A model generated the notes under the pieces. The model was not told where the DNA came from, made no database searches, and saw only the letters and a list, made by a program, of their open reading frames with translations. Source: a virus (Duplodnaviria; Caudoviricetes). From it: 64,000 nt of DNA. Below are positions 1-8,384 of the stretch, one piece after another. The number at the start of each line of letters is the position of its first letter. Position 1 is the stretch's first letter. The position numbers and the translations under genes are program-made. The stretch is taken from IMG/VR virus record IMGVR_UViG_3300025601_000007; one strand, 5' to 3'.

Positions 1-293
1 AGCAGTCACAAATACCAGTCGCAGGAGGCGATGATTCTTTTTCTGAGGAAGATATTGTTTCTGATGAAGATGACGAAGACACAATCGACGAACAAGACGG
101 AGAAACTGTGGTTAACGCTGCAAAAGAAGACACCGTTAATGATAACATGAGTAAAGTTGATAACAAGAACGCTGAGGCAGACAAACTCTACGAGGGAGCT
201 GGTAAAGGCAGAGGTTCTAGACTTAATCCAAAAGGAAGTAGGGTTATCAACGAAGAGCTTCAAAGAATGCGAAAACTCGCAAATCTTATTTAA
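1..293 (+). CDS. 3' part of an acidic hypothetical protein (runs off the window start), possibly head-associated
   Basis: Frame is open from position 3 to the stop at 291-293 (QSQIPVAGGDDSFSEEDIV...INEELQRMRKLANLI). The C-terminus resembles that of the scaffold gene (EMKRMKKLAGI). Confidence 0.75.
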   Translation, partial: QSQIPVAGGDDSFSEEDIVSDEDDEDTIDEQDGETVVNAAKEDTVNDNMSKVDNKNAEADKLYEGAGKGRGSRLNPKGSRVINEELQRMRKLANLI

Positions 294-301
294 TAATAAC
301 C

Positions 302-613
302 ATGAAAAAACAGTTTCGGGATATACTGAGAGAGAGTCTACAAGAGCAGGCTATTTCTGCTAATTTCGACTCTAAGATAAGCGAAATTGATATTCTTATA
401 GACGCTCATGAGCGTGCGCTTGAAAAGGCTGATAAGGATATGAATACTGAGGACCAACCTGCACACAGTGAGGCTTTAAATCGTAGAATCTCGGAACTCG
501 AAAAGCTTATTCCTTTATACGCTAGGAAGGAGCAGTTGATGATTCAGACGCTTGATGCAAGCAGGGGAGAGGCAATTGACGCAGTTGACTATGGAGCAGC
601 AGCGGCAGGATAG
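302..613 (+). CDS. hypothetical coiled-coil protein, 103 aa
   Basis: ATG ORF directly after the previous gene, followed by a terminator. Confidence 0.7.
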   Translation: MKKQFRDILRESLQEQAISANFDSKISEIDILIDAHERALEKADKDMNTEDQPAHSEALNRRISELEKLIPLYARKEQLMIQTLDASRGEAIDAVDYGAAAAG

Positions 614-632
614 AACTCTCTTACATGGAAAC

Positions 633-667
633 AAAAAAAAGGCAACCTTTACGGGTTGCCTTTTTTT
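633..667. terminator. bidirectional intrinsic terminator
   Basis: A8-GGCAACC-tttacg-GGTTGCC-T7 between convergent genes. Confidence 0.85.
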
Positions 668-683
668 GTTTGAACAAATTAAC

Positions 684-833
684 TTAGGTCAACAGCTCTT
701 TTCCATCATCAGTGATAATTTTTTCATCACTTCTTTCGACGATGTCGTTGTTTCGTTTTACCTTTTTGGTTATCTTCTTTAGAGAACCAGACTCAATTTC
801 TTCTGGATTTATAAGGTCTTTCTTGTCGCTCAT
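684..833 (-). CDS. small hypothetical protein, 49 aa (not in ORF track)
   Basis: Translated by hand: MSDKKDLINPEEIESGSLKKITKKVKRNNDIVERSDEKIITDDGKELLT. It shares the C-terminal DG(K/R)ELLT with the upstream ORF. Confidence 0.7.
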   Translation of the reverse strand: MSDKKDLINPEEIESGSLKKITKKVKRNNDIVERSDEKIITDDGKELLT

Positions 834-839
834 GATTGT

Positions 840-1052
840 TTATGTTAATAGTTCTCTCCCGTCAAGGGTTTGAATTTTGTAATTTTTCTTCTCTTGTAAC
901 TCTGTTACGGAATGGGCCATTCCAAATGATTTCTCCTTCTGTTCCATCACTCTGTCTTCTTGACTCATTAATCCGTCATGAAGTGTTTTTGCCTTCTCAG
1001 CTTTTTCTGGTTGCTGTTGTCCAGCAAAACCATATGCACCTAAAATGTTCAT
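840..1052 (-). CDS. small hypothetical protein, 70 aa
   Basis: ATG ORF ending IQTLDGRELLT, in line with phoH and the 49 aa ORF. Confidence 0.7.
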   Translation of the reverse strand: MNILGAYGFAGQQQPEKAEKAKTLHDGLMSQEDRVMEQKEKSFGMAHSVTELQEKKNYKIQTLDGRELLT

Positions 1053-1137
1053 GTTGTGTTTTCATGTAAATAGGCTGATTTTCACAAACATTACCTTATA
1101 CCCGTTAGTCTCTACTTCTGTGCTTGCTGGGGCGGAG

Positions 1138-2997
1138 TTAGCTTTTTAATTCAAGTTTATACCTCTTCATAACATCTATTAGAATACCTGAGCGAACGAT
1201 TTCATCTTCTGTGAATTGTATAAAACCAATTTTTGGAAGGCCTTGAAACCTATTAAAAGCATCGTCTAATCCTGAGCGCTGACCATTTCTTAGATAAAGG
1301 TCTGTTTGGTCTGTGTCTCCGATAATTATAAGCTTTGAACTTTCTCCTTTACGAGAAATCCAAAGCTTTAACCCAGCTACTGTTGTATTCTGCGCTTCAT
1401 CAATTATTGCTACTGAATTTTCAAACGTTTCACCACGAAGATATGCAAGAGGAACATATTTAACAACGTCATTCTGAATGAAGTCCTTTGTCTTTGTTGA
1501 GCCTACAAGTTTTTTAAAATTTCCCAAAAATGAGTCCATATAGGGGTCTATTTTTGAGTCTATGTCTCCAGGTAAGAACCCTATTGATTCGCCAGCTTCT
1601 ACAATTGGTTTTGTGAGTATAATCTGGCTATATTCGTTGTCAATTTTCAGTAATTCTAAAGCAGTTTTTAAACTAAGTAAGGTGTTGTGAGTAACATTAT
1701 AATCTCTTGTCACATATAAATGTCTTGGGTGGTCTATGTGAATACAAACACACTCTTCTTCTCCTTGTTTTTCGACACCAGTAATATATTTTATTTTCAT
1801 TCTTTTTTTATCAGAAAATAGTCCTGCTTTTCTTGATAACTTAAAAGGGTTAAGCGTTTCAAATAAAACAGTGACAACATAGCATATCTTTCCTTGCTTT
1901 TTTTCTCCAAATTTATCTGTAAAAAAGGGTTTTTTAGTTCTAATTGAAGAAATACCACCAAGGCTTCTAATTAGCTCCATGACTTGACTAGCTAAAATTT
2001 GCGACGTGGTGTAATATTCAATAGAAGAGCCATTTTTAGGGATATGCCCATCTGTATCCATTAAACCCCTTAGTAACTCCACCCTATCTTCAACAGAAGA
2101 GTAGAGATATTTATCAGGAATTATTTTCTCATGAGATTTTTGACCCATTAAACCTAAATCCCTCATCTCAAAGAGGAGTAAATTATTCGCCTTATTTGAC
2201 CTTGTCTTAGTTGTTATGTAATAATCATAATTATCTCCAGGTTTTTTACTTATCTTAACAGGGTGAGGGAGGCTTTGCTTAAACTCACAAATAATTTCTT
2301 CGTCCGCAGAGCTAAACGAGACAAAATGTTGGCTGTAGCACCCGTCGCCTATTAAACAGCCCATTAGATAAGGGTTAATTATTAGTTCTTTATTTGCAAA
2401 CTGTATAGGATTGCAGATGGGGATTGAGTGGTTTTTCCTGCCTCGGTTAGTCAGTAAGCTCTCTTTTATTTCAAAAGTAGTTTTTACTGCTCCTGACAGC
2501 GGCTCTCTTATTGCAACCCCATTCCTTTTTTTTCTATTATTTCTATCAGCTTCTGTTTGTGTTTCCCATAAATGCTCACCACAGCATAGTGTATGCGTTC
2601 CATCAGAAAAAGACACCTTATAGACATCTTTTTCTCCTTGTGGATGAATAGAGTTGACATTTACAGGTGTTCCATCAACCGAAATTACTTTATCTCCAGG
2701 ACGAATGCTTCCGATTTCCACAAAACCGCCAGGCGTTAATATAGGCTCAGTTAGTGGTTGCGCCTTACCTGTCCCAGCAGCTCCAGCAACAAATGTGATT
2801 TCATTTTCCATGATAGTTTTGCACAGAAGCTTTTGCTTAGCGTTTTTGTGCTTAATATCTTTGTTGATTTGAAAATGAGATATTGCATTAAGCCTATCCA
2901 TCTGAGCTTCCTTATCTCTCTCTAAGCCCATTTTTTCCAAGTCGCTTTGTATCTCACGAGATGTTTTTTGGCGTTGTACTTTTCTGTTTTTATTCAT
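1138..2997 (-). CDS. phoH: PhoH-family ATPase with intein
   Basis: Walker A GAAGTGK, then intein, then PhoH motifs LTKPIVE..GFLPGD, PLAYLRGETF, IIDEAQN, GDTDQTD. Confidence 0.95.
   Translation of the reverse strand: MNKNRKVQRQKTSREIQSDLEKMGLERDKEAQMDRLNAISHFQINKDIKHKNAKQKLLCKTIMENEITFVAGAAGTGKAQPLTEPILTPGGFVEIGSIRPGDKVISVDGTPVNVNSIHPQGEKDVYKVSFSDGTHTLCCGEHLWETQTEADRNNRKKRNGVAIREPLSGAVKTTFEIKESLLTNRGRKNHSIPICNPIQFANKELIINPYLMGCLIGDGCYSQHFVSFSSADEEIICEFKQSLPHPVKISKKPGDNYDYYITTKTRSNKANNLLLFEMRDLGLMGQKSHEKIIPDKYLYSSVEDRVELLRGLMDTDGHIPKNGSSIEYYTTSQILASQVMELIRSLGGISSIRTKKPFFTDKFGEKKQGKICYVVTVLFETLNPFKLSRKAGLFSDKKRMKIKYITGVEKQGEEECVCIHIDHPRHLYVTRDYNVTHNTLLSLKTALELLKIDNEYSQIILTKPIVEAGESIGFLPGDIDSKIDPYMDSFLGNFKKLVGSTKTKDFIQNDVVKYVPLAYLRGETFENSVAIIDEAQNTTVAGLKLWISRKGESSKLIIIGDTDQTDLYLRNGQRSGLDDAFNRFQGLPKIGFIQFTEDEIVRSGILIDVMKRYKLELKS
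1684..2763 (-). mobile_element. intein (Ala1, class 3-like) with LAGLIDADG endonuclease in PhoH
   Basis: GTGK|AQPL...VTHN|TLL, 360 aa. LAGLIDADG motifs LMGCLIGDG and LLRGLMDTDG. Confidence 0.9.
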
Positions 2998-3092
2998 TTA
3001 ACATTATTATCAGGCATGTGTATCAAGAGTAATCAACCCTCTTCTCAATATCAATGGATTATTCCAAGCTATTTAGAAGAAACGTTTTATAG

Positions 3093-4184
3093 ATGTCTGA
3101 AAAAATTAGCAACGAAGAACTTAAACACAAGATTGTTACCACCATAAGAGAGGAAGGTCTTGACGGAATCTTTGGGGAGGAGGTTGTGCTTGCTATTCAA
3201 GAAAAAGTTAAGCACATGTACAAACAGCAGCTTGAGAAGTCTGTATTTGAAGACGTACCGCAAGAAGAGCTTCAAGAGGAAGTTCAGGAAGAGGAAGATG
3301 GGCTTCAAGAAACGGATACTAGACCGCCTGTGCAAGGTGGTCCAAATCAGTTTCCTTATGAAGATGATTTTATTGACTCAAATGCTGTACCAGGGCAAGA
3401 CGTTGAGCAGGAAGATATAGGGATGACAGCTGGAGAGGCTGTGTCAAATGTTCCTTACACTCCTGTTCGTGCAAATACTGCACAAGTTCCCAAGCCATTA
3501 CAAAACCAGGAGCCAGGTGAGATAATTGTGTTTGACTATAATGATGTTGCAGCAGTAAGTGGCGAAGGGTTAGCTAACAAACCATTTAGAACAATGGATG
3601 ACCCAGAGTCTTTGAAGACTATTCACGACTTTTGGATGCAGGAGGGTAAGACTGATGTTAAAGTGTACGCCGCTAAGTTTGAACAAATAGGGATTGTTAA
3701 GTACGATTACCGAAGTGGCACTGCACTGTTTACAGACGACAAAGAAGCTCCAGAAGTGATAAAGCCTTCGTATCAAGAAAATCCTTATGCTACACCTAGC
3801 ACTCCTCATATAGATGAGCCTTCAACAGAAATCGACCTCAGAAAATCTATTGAGTCATCTGTCGATTTGGAGGCTGTTTTGCTAAAGGTAATGAAAGACA
3901 TTTTAAAAGATGGACTAGGTGTTGCGCAAGAGCCGACTGTGCCTACCGAAGTACCAACTGCTCCAGCTGCTCAGCCAGTATATGAGAGACAGACGAAAGA
4001 GAACGTTATTAATACGTTTAAAAAAGTTGAAACACCAGAGGCCATTCAAAATAGACTTCTGGGCGAAAATGATAATCGTGTGGAGTATTTAGGTCAGTCG
4101 TCAGAGTATGCGACGTATTTATTTAAAGATAAAAGATACGTCGTTTTTAATGAGAATGAAAAGACAGCATATCGTCAACCTTGA
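3093..4184 (+). CDS. acidic hypothetical protein, 363 aa
   Basis: Long ATG ORF, E/P-rich; no motif recognised. Confidence 0.8.
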   Translation: MSEKISNEELKHKIVTTIREEGLDGIFGEEVVLAIQEKVKHMYKQQLEKSVFEDVPQEELQEEVQEEEDGLQETDTRPPVQGGPNQFPYEDDFIDSNAVPGQDVEQEDIGMTAGEAVSNVPYTPVRANTAQVPKPLQNQEPGEIIVFDYNDVAAVSGEGLANKPFRTMDDPESLKTIHDFWMQEGKTDVKVYAAKFEQIGIVKYDYRSGTALFTDDKEAPEVIKPSYQENPYATPSTPHIDEPSTEIDLRKSIESSVDLEAVLLKVMKDILKDGLGVAQEPTVPTEVPTAPAAQPVYERQTKENVINTFKKVETPEAIQNRLLGENDNRVEYLGQSSEYATYLFKDKRYVVFNENEKTAYRQP

Positions 4185-4224
4185 TATTAAGAGGATAATT
4201 GACTATTAATTATAAAATAAAAAC

Positions 4225-4500
4225 ATGGAAACAGTTTGGAAAATAACTAACACAGGAAGATTAGACAAGATTAAGTTCACCGTTGCTATCGCATCGAATA
4301 AATCTCCAGGAGTATTCTTAAAGAAAGACGAATTTATTCTTTCACAAAAAAGAATGACTACAATGCTTGATGCCCAAGCCAAGAGAGGCTACGTGGCAAT
4401 TGAAGAATTTGAAAATGTAGACAACATCGTTATCGGAGAGGTAATGAAGATGTCGGATTCTGAGTACGCTCAGAAGCGAGTTCAAGATTACTCTAAGTGA
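4225..4500 (+). CDS. hypothetical protein, 91 aa
   Basis: ATG ORF with A-rich leader. Its stop overlaps the left end of the IS-like element. Confidence 0.75.
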   Translation: METVWKITNTGRLDKIKFTVAIASNKSPGVFLKKDEFILSQKRMTTMLDAQAKRGYVAIEEFENVDNIVIGEVMKMSDSEYAQKRVQDYSK

Positions 4501-4730
4501 ACTACCCACCCACGCCAGAGGCGATGGGATGGGCTTCAAGGGTCAACGCTCCAACTAGTGTTGGCAACTTACCTTGATTTTTTCTGTCAGTTCCTGACAA
4601 AATATTTCTTAATGTACAAAAATACAAAAGTTTAAAGAAATAACAAAATTTATTTAAAATAATTAAGATAAGGTCGCTTACATCCCACCCACACTACGTG
4701 ATGAGTGGGCTTTACGCTCCGTAATGTAAA
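4497..4730. mobile_element. non-autonomous IS200/IS605-family (TnpB-type) miniature element
   Basis: Begins GTGAACTACCCACCC-hairpin-GGGCTTC and ends GCTTACATCCCACCC-hairpin-GTGGGCTTTACGCTCC. These resemble subterminal palindromic ends of IS200/IS605 elements. No ORF inside. Confidence 0.65.
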
Positions 4731-5117
4731 AATGCAATTCAAGGTCAAAAAGAAGGAAGGCTAAAATGTGCTCCAGTATCAAAAGCTGAAAGAGAGATAG
4801 TAAATAGACTCAGAGAAAAAAGCATAAAATCTGAATCTCAGTTTTCGTTAGAATCATTCAAGTTCGACATATACATCCCTGATAAAAATCTTCTTATAGA
4901 ATATAATGGAGACTATTGGCATTGTAATCCTTTAAAATATTTACCTAGTTTTATTCATCCTCATAAAAACAAAACAGCTAAAGAACTTTGGAAAGCTGAT
5001 GATAATAAGAAAAAGCTTGCAATTAAGTCTGGATTCAATCACCTTACTATTTGGGAATCTGAATATAATGCAGATAAAAATAAAATAATAGAATCACTGA
5101 TATCATATGGAGAATAA
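4725..5117 (+). pseudogene. 5'-truncated DUF559/Vsr-like endonuclease
   Basis: Open frame with no start after an in-frame TAA at 4722. It reads FKFDIYIPDKNLLIEYNGDYWHCNP...HPHKNKTAKELW...LTIWESE and closely matches the C-terminus of ORF 46736-47800. Confidence 0.8.
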
Positions 5118-6396
5118 AAGAATTAAATTGCTAGTTTGCCCGTCAGATGTGCAAGGCGTCGGGCATTTTCGCTCAATCTGGATGGCTCAGCAACTTAGGA
5201 AATCCCACAAAGAGGAGCTCCAAATTAAGATTGATGTCACTCCTGATTTTACCAATATAAACTACCTGTCATCATTTGATATAATTCATTTCCACAGACA
5301 GCTTGGGCCATTTGAAGCATCTGAGAAACTATTCGCGGAGCTTCAATCCAAAGGGACTGTGCTGGTGATGGATATTGACGACTTCTGGAGTCCGCCTCCA
5401 ACTCACCCTCTTTATGATTTGGTGAAAGCTGAAAAAATTGACAAGCATATAGAGAACAATTTGAAACTTGTTGATTGGGTCACTACGACCACAGAGATTT
5501 TTGCAGAAAAAATCAAAGAGGTCAATAAAAATGTGGTTGTGATTCCGAACGCTGTAAACCCCGAAGCTAAGATGTGGAGGAGTGAAGCGGTTCCAAACCC
5601 TACTGACCGTACAAGAGTTGCTTGGATTGGTGGGTCATCTCACTTACATGACTTGTTTCTTCTGCGTGACTCAATGGAGATGCTTAATAAGGACCAAGAG
5701 CTGAAGGATAAGACACAGATTGTAATGTGTGGATTTGATACCAGAGGTAATCTGACCAGCATCGACGACAATGGGAACAGGCACGAAAGACCTATCCAAC
5801 CACACGAGACGATTTGGATGCAATTCGAAAGAATATTTACAGCAGACTACCAGCTTCTAAAAGAGGACAAGGAGTATTTTAACTGGCTGTATAAAATTAA
5901 AAATGAAAAGTATCCAAACATGGATGAAAAACCATATTTGAGACGCTGGACTTTACCTTTGAAAACATATGCAACCCATTACGACCATTGTGATGTTTGT
6001 TTAGCTCCTCTAGTAGACCATTACACTCAACAAGTAGGTCAGGGCCAGAAGGCAAAAATAGTTAAGCGACCTCACATTTTCAACAAAGTAAAATCTGAGT
6101 TGAAAGTTATTGAAGCGGGTGTTAAAAGAAAAGCGCTAATCGCGCAAGATTTCGGAATCTATTCTAAGACTATTAAAGACGGCGAGACGGGTATTTTGGT
6201 TAAGAACAACAAAAAGGGGTGGTATAACGCCATTAAGCAGGTTGTCGATGACCCTGGGTACCGACAGGAGCTTGCAGACAATCTTCACGACTGGGTGATG
6301 GATGAATATTCCATCGATAGAATTAATGGAATCAGAGCAAGTTTCTACGAGCAAGTTTACGAGGGAATGAAACAAAAAGACAAAATCATCGTATAG
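5107..6396 (+). CDS. glycosyltransferase (GT-B, family 4-like)
   Basis: GVGHFR, DIIHFHR, MDIDD, VVVIPNA, WIGGSSH, KSELKVIEAG, TGILVKN..W motifs. Confidence 0.85.
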   Translation: MENKRIKLLVCPSDVQGVGHFRSIWMAQQLRKSHKEELQIKIDVTPDFTNINYLSSFDIIHFHRQLGPFEASEKLFAELQSKGTVLVMDIDDFWSPPPTHPLYDLVKAEKIDKHIENNLKLVDWVTTTTEIFAEKIKEVNKNVVVIPNAVNPEAKMWRSEAVPNPTDRTRVAWIGGSSHLHDLFLLRDSMEMLNKDQELKDKTQIVMCGFDTRGNLTSIDDNGNRHERPIQPHETIWMQFERIFTADYQLLKEDKEYFNWLYKIKNEKYPNMDEKPYLRRWTLPLKTYATHYDHCDVCLAPLVDHYTQQVGQGQKAKIVKRPHIFNKVKSELKVIEAGVKRKALIAQDFGIYSKTIKDGETGILVKNNKKGWYNAIKQVVDDPGYRQELADNLHDWVMDEYSIDRINGIRASFYEQVYEGMKQKDKIIV

Positions 6397-6453
6397 TTAG
6401 GTATAACTACATGAGAACAAAGATACAGCTTAGATAAGAAAATAAAATGATTA

Positions 6454-6636
6454 GTGAGAAGAAACTATAAAATAGAAAGGCTGGAGAACGGTGAAACGTT
6501 TACCACAAAAGAACGAGGGAGCTCAATGGTTCCTTTGATTCATTCAAACCAAGAACACGTCCTGGCTCCATTAGAACTAAGTAATGCAAAAGTAGGCGAC
6601 ATTGTCTATTGCAAAGTAAGAGGAGGGCTTTACACA
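6454..6636 (+). pseudogene. 5' half of an interrupted S24/S26 peptidase-like gene
   Basis: RGSSMVPLI...VGDIVYCKVRGGLYT is the S24/S26-like N-half. The apparent continuation lies at 7891-8007 in the same frame. Confidence 0.6.
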
Positions 6637-7055
6637 AATTATCACACTCTCCCCTCTTCTTGTGCGCCGCCCTTCTTCCATCGATGAAAGCTGTACTCTA
6701 AGCTCTCTCTATTTTTTTGGCTTATGAGTTTCATTAAAAACCTTCTTCGATATAGTCCATACTATCGTATATCTCACTTAGATATTCTCTGTTTATAGAA
6801 ATTCCAACTTTCAACTTATCTGAATTTCTTTCACCAACTTCCTCCAGGGTATCCGATAATCTCAACCAGAAGCTCGCACCCTATAAAGAGCAGTACTGTT
6901 AAAATTGTAAATATTAATGTTTTCATGATTTTATTTTAATATACGTGGTTATTAGAAAAAAGTTTCTACGAGTGTAAAAATTTACAGCACTGTTCACTGT
7001 GAAGTACGAGGACGACTACATGTTATTTTTACTTATTTATAGGTAAAATACATGC

Positions 7056-7892
7056 ATGATAATCTACAAAACAACGAACGTAATAAATAAAAAAATCTAC
7101 ATAGGGCAAGACTCAAATGACAATCCTAAATATTTAGGGTCGGGGTTACTTCTTCATAAAGCGATTAAGAAATATGGAAAAGATAATTTTAAAAAGGAAG
7201 TGCTAGAGGTTTGTTCCGACAGAAAGTGTTTAAATAAGCAGGAAATATATTGGATTAAATTTTATAAAGCGACTGACAAGGAAATTGGATACAATATATC
7301 TGAAGGCGGAACTGGTGGTAAATTAGTTCTTGTTGAGGGTAAAAAAGGTAAAACTTATGAAGAATACTATGGAGAGAAGAAAGCGAAAGAGCTAAAGGCT
7401 CTTTTTTCTAAAATTAGAAAAGGAAAAAAAAGAAAATACGTCAATATAACAGCTGAGGAAGTAGGTAAAAAGGTAGGCAAAGCATTAAAAGGGAGAAAAG
7501 TATCCAATGAATGTAAGGGTAAAATTAGTAATACGCTAAAGAAGTATTTTCAAACAGAAAAAGGGATTAAATCAAGAAAAAGCATTAGCGGATTTCACAC
7601 TGGAAGAAAACATAGTGAAGAAAGTAATAAAAAAAGAAGTGACGCCATGAAAGGGAGACGGCCAAAAATAATGGACATTCACCCCAGTGCTCGATATTGG
7701 TTTTTTTATGACAATAAAAATAAACTAATTTTCGAAACACTTGGAGATAAAAAGCATGCCTTAGAAAAGCTAAAAACAAATCAAAGAAAATTAGTGACTT
7801 TTGATAATTTGAACGATTGCTTAAATTATAAATTAGAAGACAGTAAGCATTTTAAAGTTTTTTATAAAAAGTATTATAAAAAGAAAACCTAA
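7056..7892 (+). CDS. GIY-YIG homing endonuclease with NUMOD3-like C-terminal motifs
   Basis: MIIYKTTN..NKKIYIGQ, YLGSG, GYNISEGG, GRKHSEESNKKRSDAMKG. Confidence 0.9.
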   Translation: MIIYKTTNVINKKIYIGQDSNDNPKYLGSGLLLHKAIKKYGKDNFKKEVLEVCSDRKCLNKQEIYWIKFYKATDKEIGYNISEGGTGGKLVLVEGKKGKTYEEYYGEKKAKELKALFSKIRKGKKRKYVNITAEEVGKKVGKALKGRKVSNECKGKISNTLKKYFQTEKGIKSRKSISGFHTGRKHSEESNKKRSDAMKGRRPKIMDIHPSARYWFFYDNKNKLIFETLGDKKHALEKLKTNQRKLVTFDNLNDCLNYKLEDSKHFKVFYKKYYKKKT

Positions 7893-8007
7893 CCTGGTCA
7901 AAGCTTTAGACCCGCAAAAAGGTTGTTTGATTGGAAATAATAAAGGCGGTACAAACGGGTGGACTCGACAAGTATACGGAAAGGTTACTGAAGTTCTTCC
8001 TCAATAG
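7891..8007 (+). pseudogene. 3' half of the interrupted S24/S26 peptidase-like gene
   Basis: Translated by hand: NLVKALDPQKGCLIGNNKGGTNGWTRQVYGKVTEVLPQ*. No start codon of its own. Confidence 0.55.
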
Positions 8008-8299
8008 ACTCTTCCCTCGGCGCTGGCTTATTCAAAAGCACTCTCAGGGCCGAAACGGATTTCATAAACTCTTGCTTATCGTCAGCGTCGCCAGCATCAA
8101 GCATGCTTACGGTATTTTCCTCTAGTTGTCTGTAAAATACATCTGGAGCTTCGAACGTTTTCTGCTCAAACAACTCTCCTGAGACGTGGTCGAAGAAATT
8201 GTTCAGGCACATATTTAAAACTTTCGTCTTATCCTTCCCTTTTTTTCCAGCTATCTCAAGAATCTCTAGAATTTGTTCTGCATGCTTCGTTGCGTCCAT
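7985..8299 (-). CDS. hypothetical protein (likely start ATG 8299)
   Basis: MDATKHAEQILEILE..., preceded by a TATATTTG promoter-like motif at 8318-8325. Confidence 0.7.
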   Translation of the reverse strand: MDATKHAEQILEILEIAGKKGKDKTKVLNMCLNNFFDHVSGELFEQKTFEAPDVFYRQLEENTVSMLDAGDADDKQEFMKSVSALRVLLNKPAPREESIEEELQ

Positions 8300-8335
8300 T
8301 TTTATAATATTAATTTTCAAATATAGCGAAAAACA

Positions 8336-8365
8336 AAAAGGCCTCACATTTCTGCAAGGCCTTTT
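8336..8365 (-). terminator. intrinsic terminator downstream of the VWA gene
   Basis: AAAAGGCCT...AGGCCTTTT inverted repeat with T-run on the minus strand. Confidence 0.7.
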
Positions 8366-8384
8366 ATTTTAAAACTTTTCAACT

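Noticed and set aside
6637-7890. Group I intron around the GIY-YIG gene
   Set aside because: An S-like GATATAGTCC (6749) precedes an R-like GACGACTAC (~7011), which is the wrong order. There is no room for a core after the ORF, and the junctions lack the U|...G| signature.
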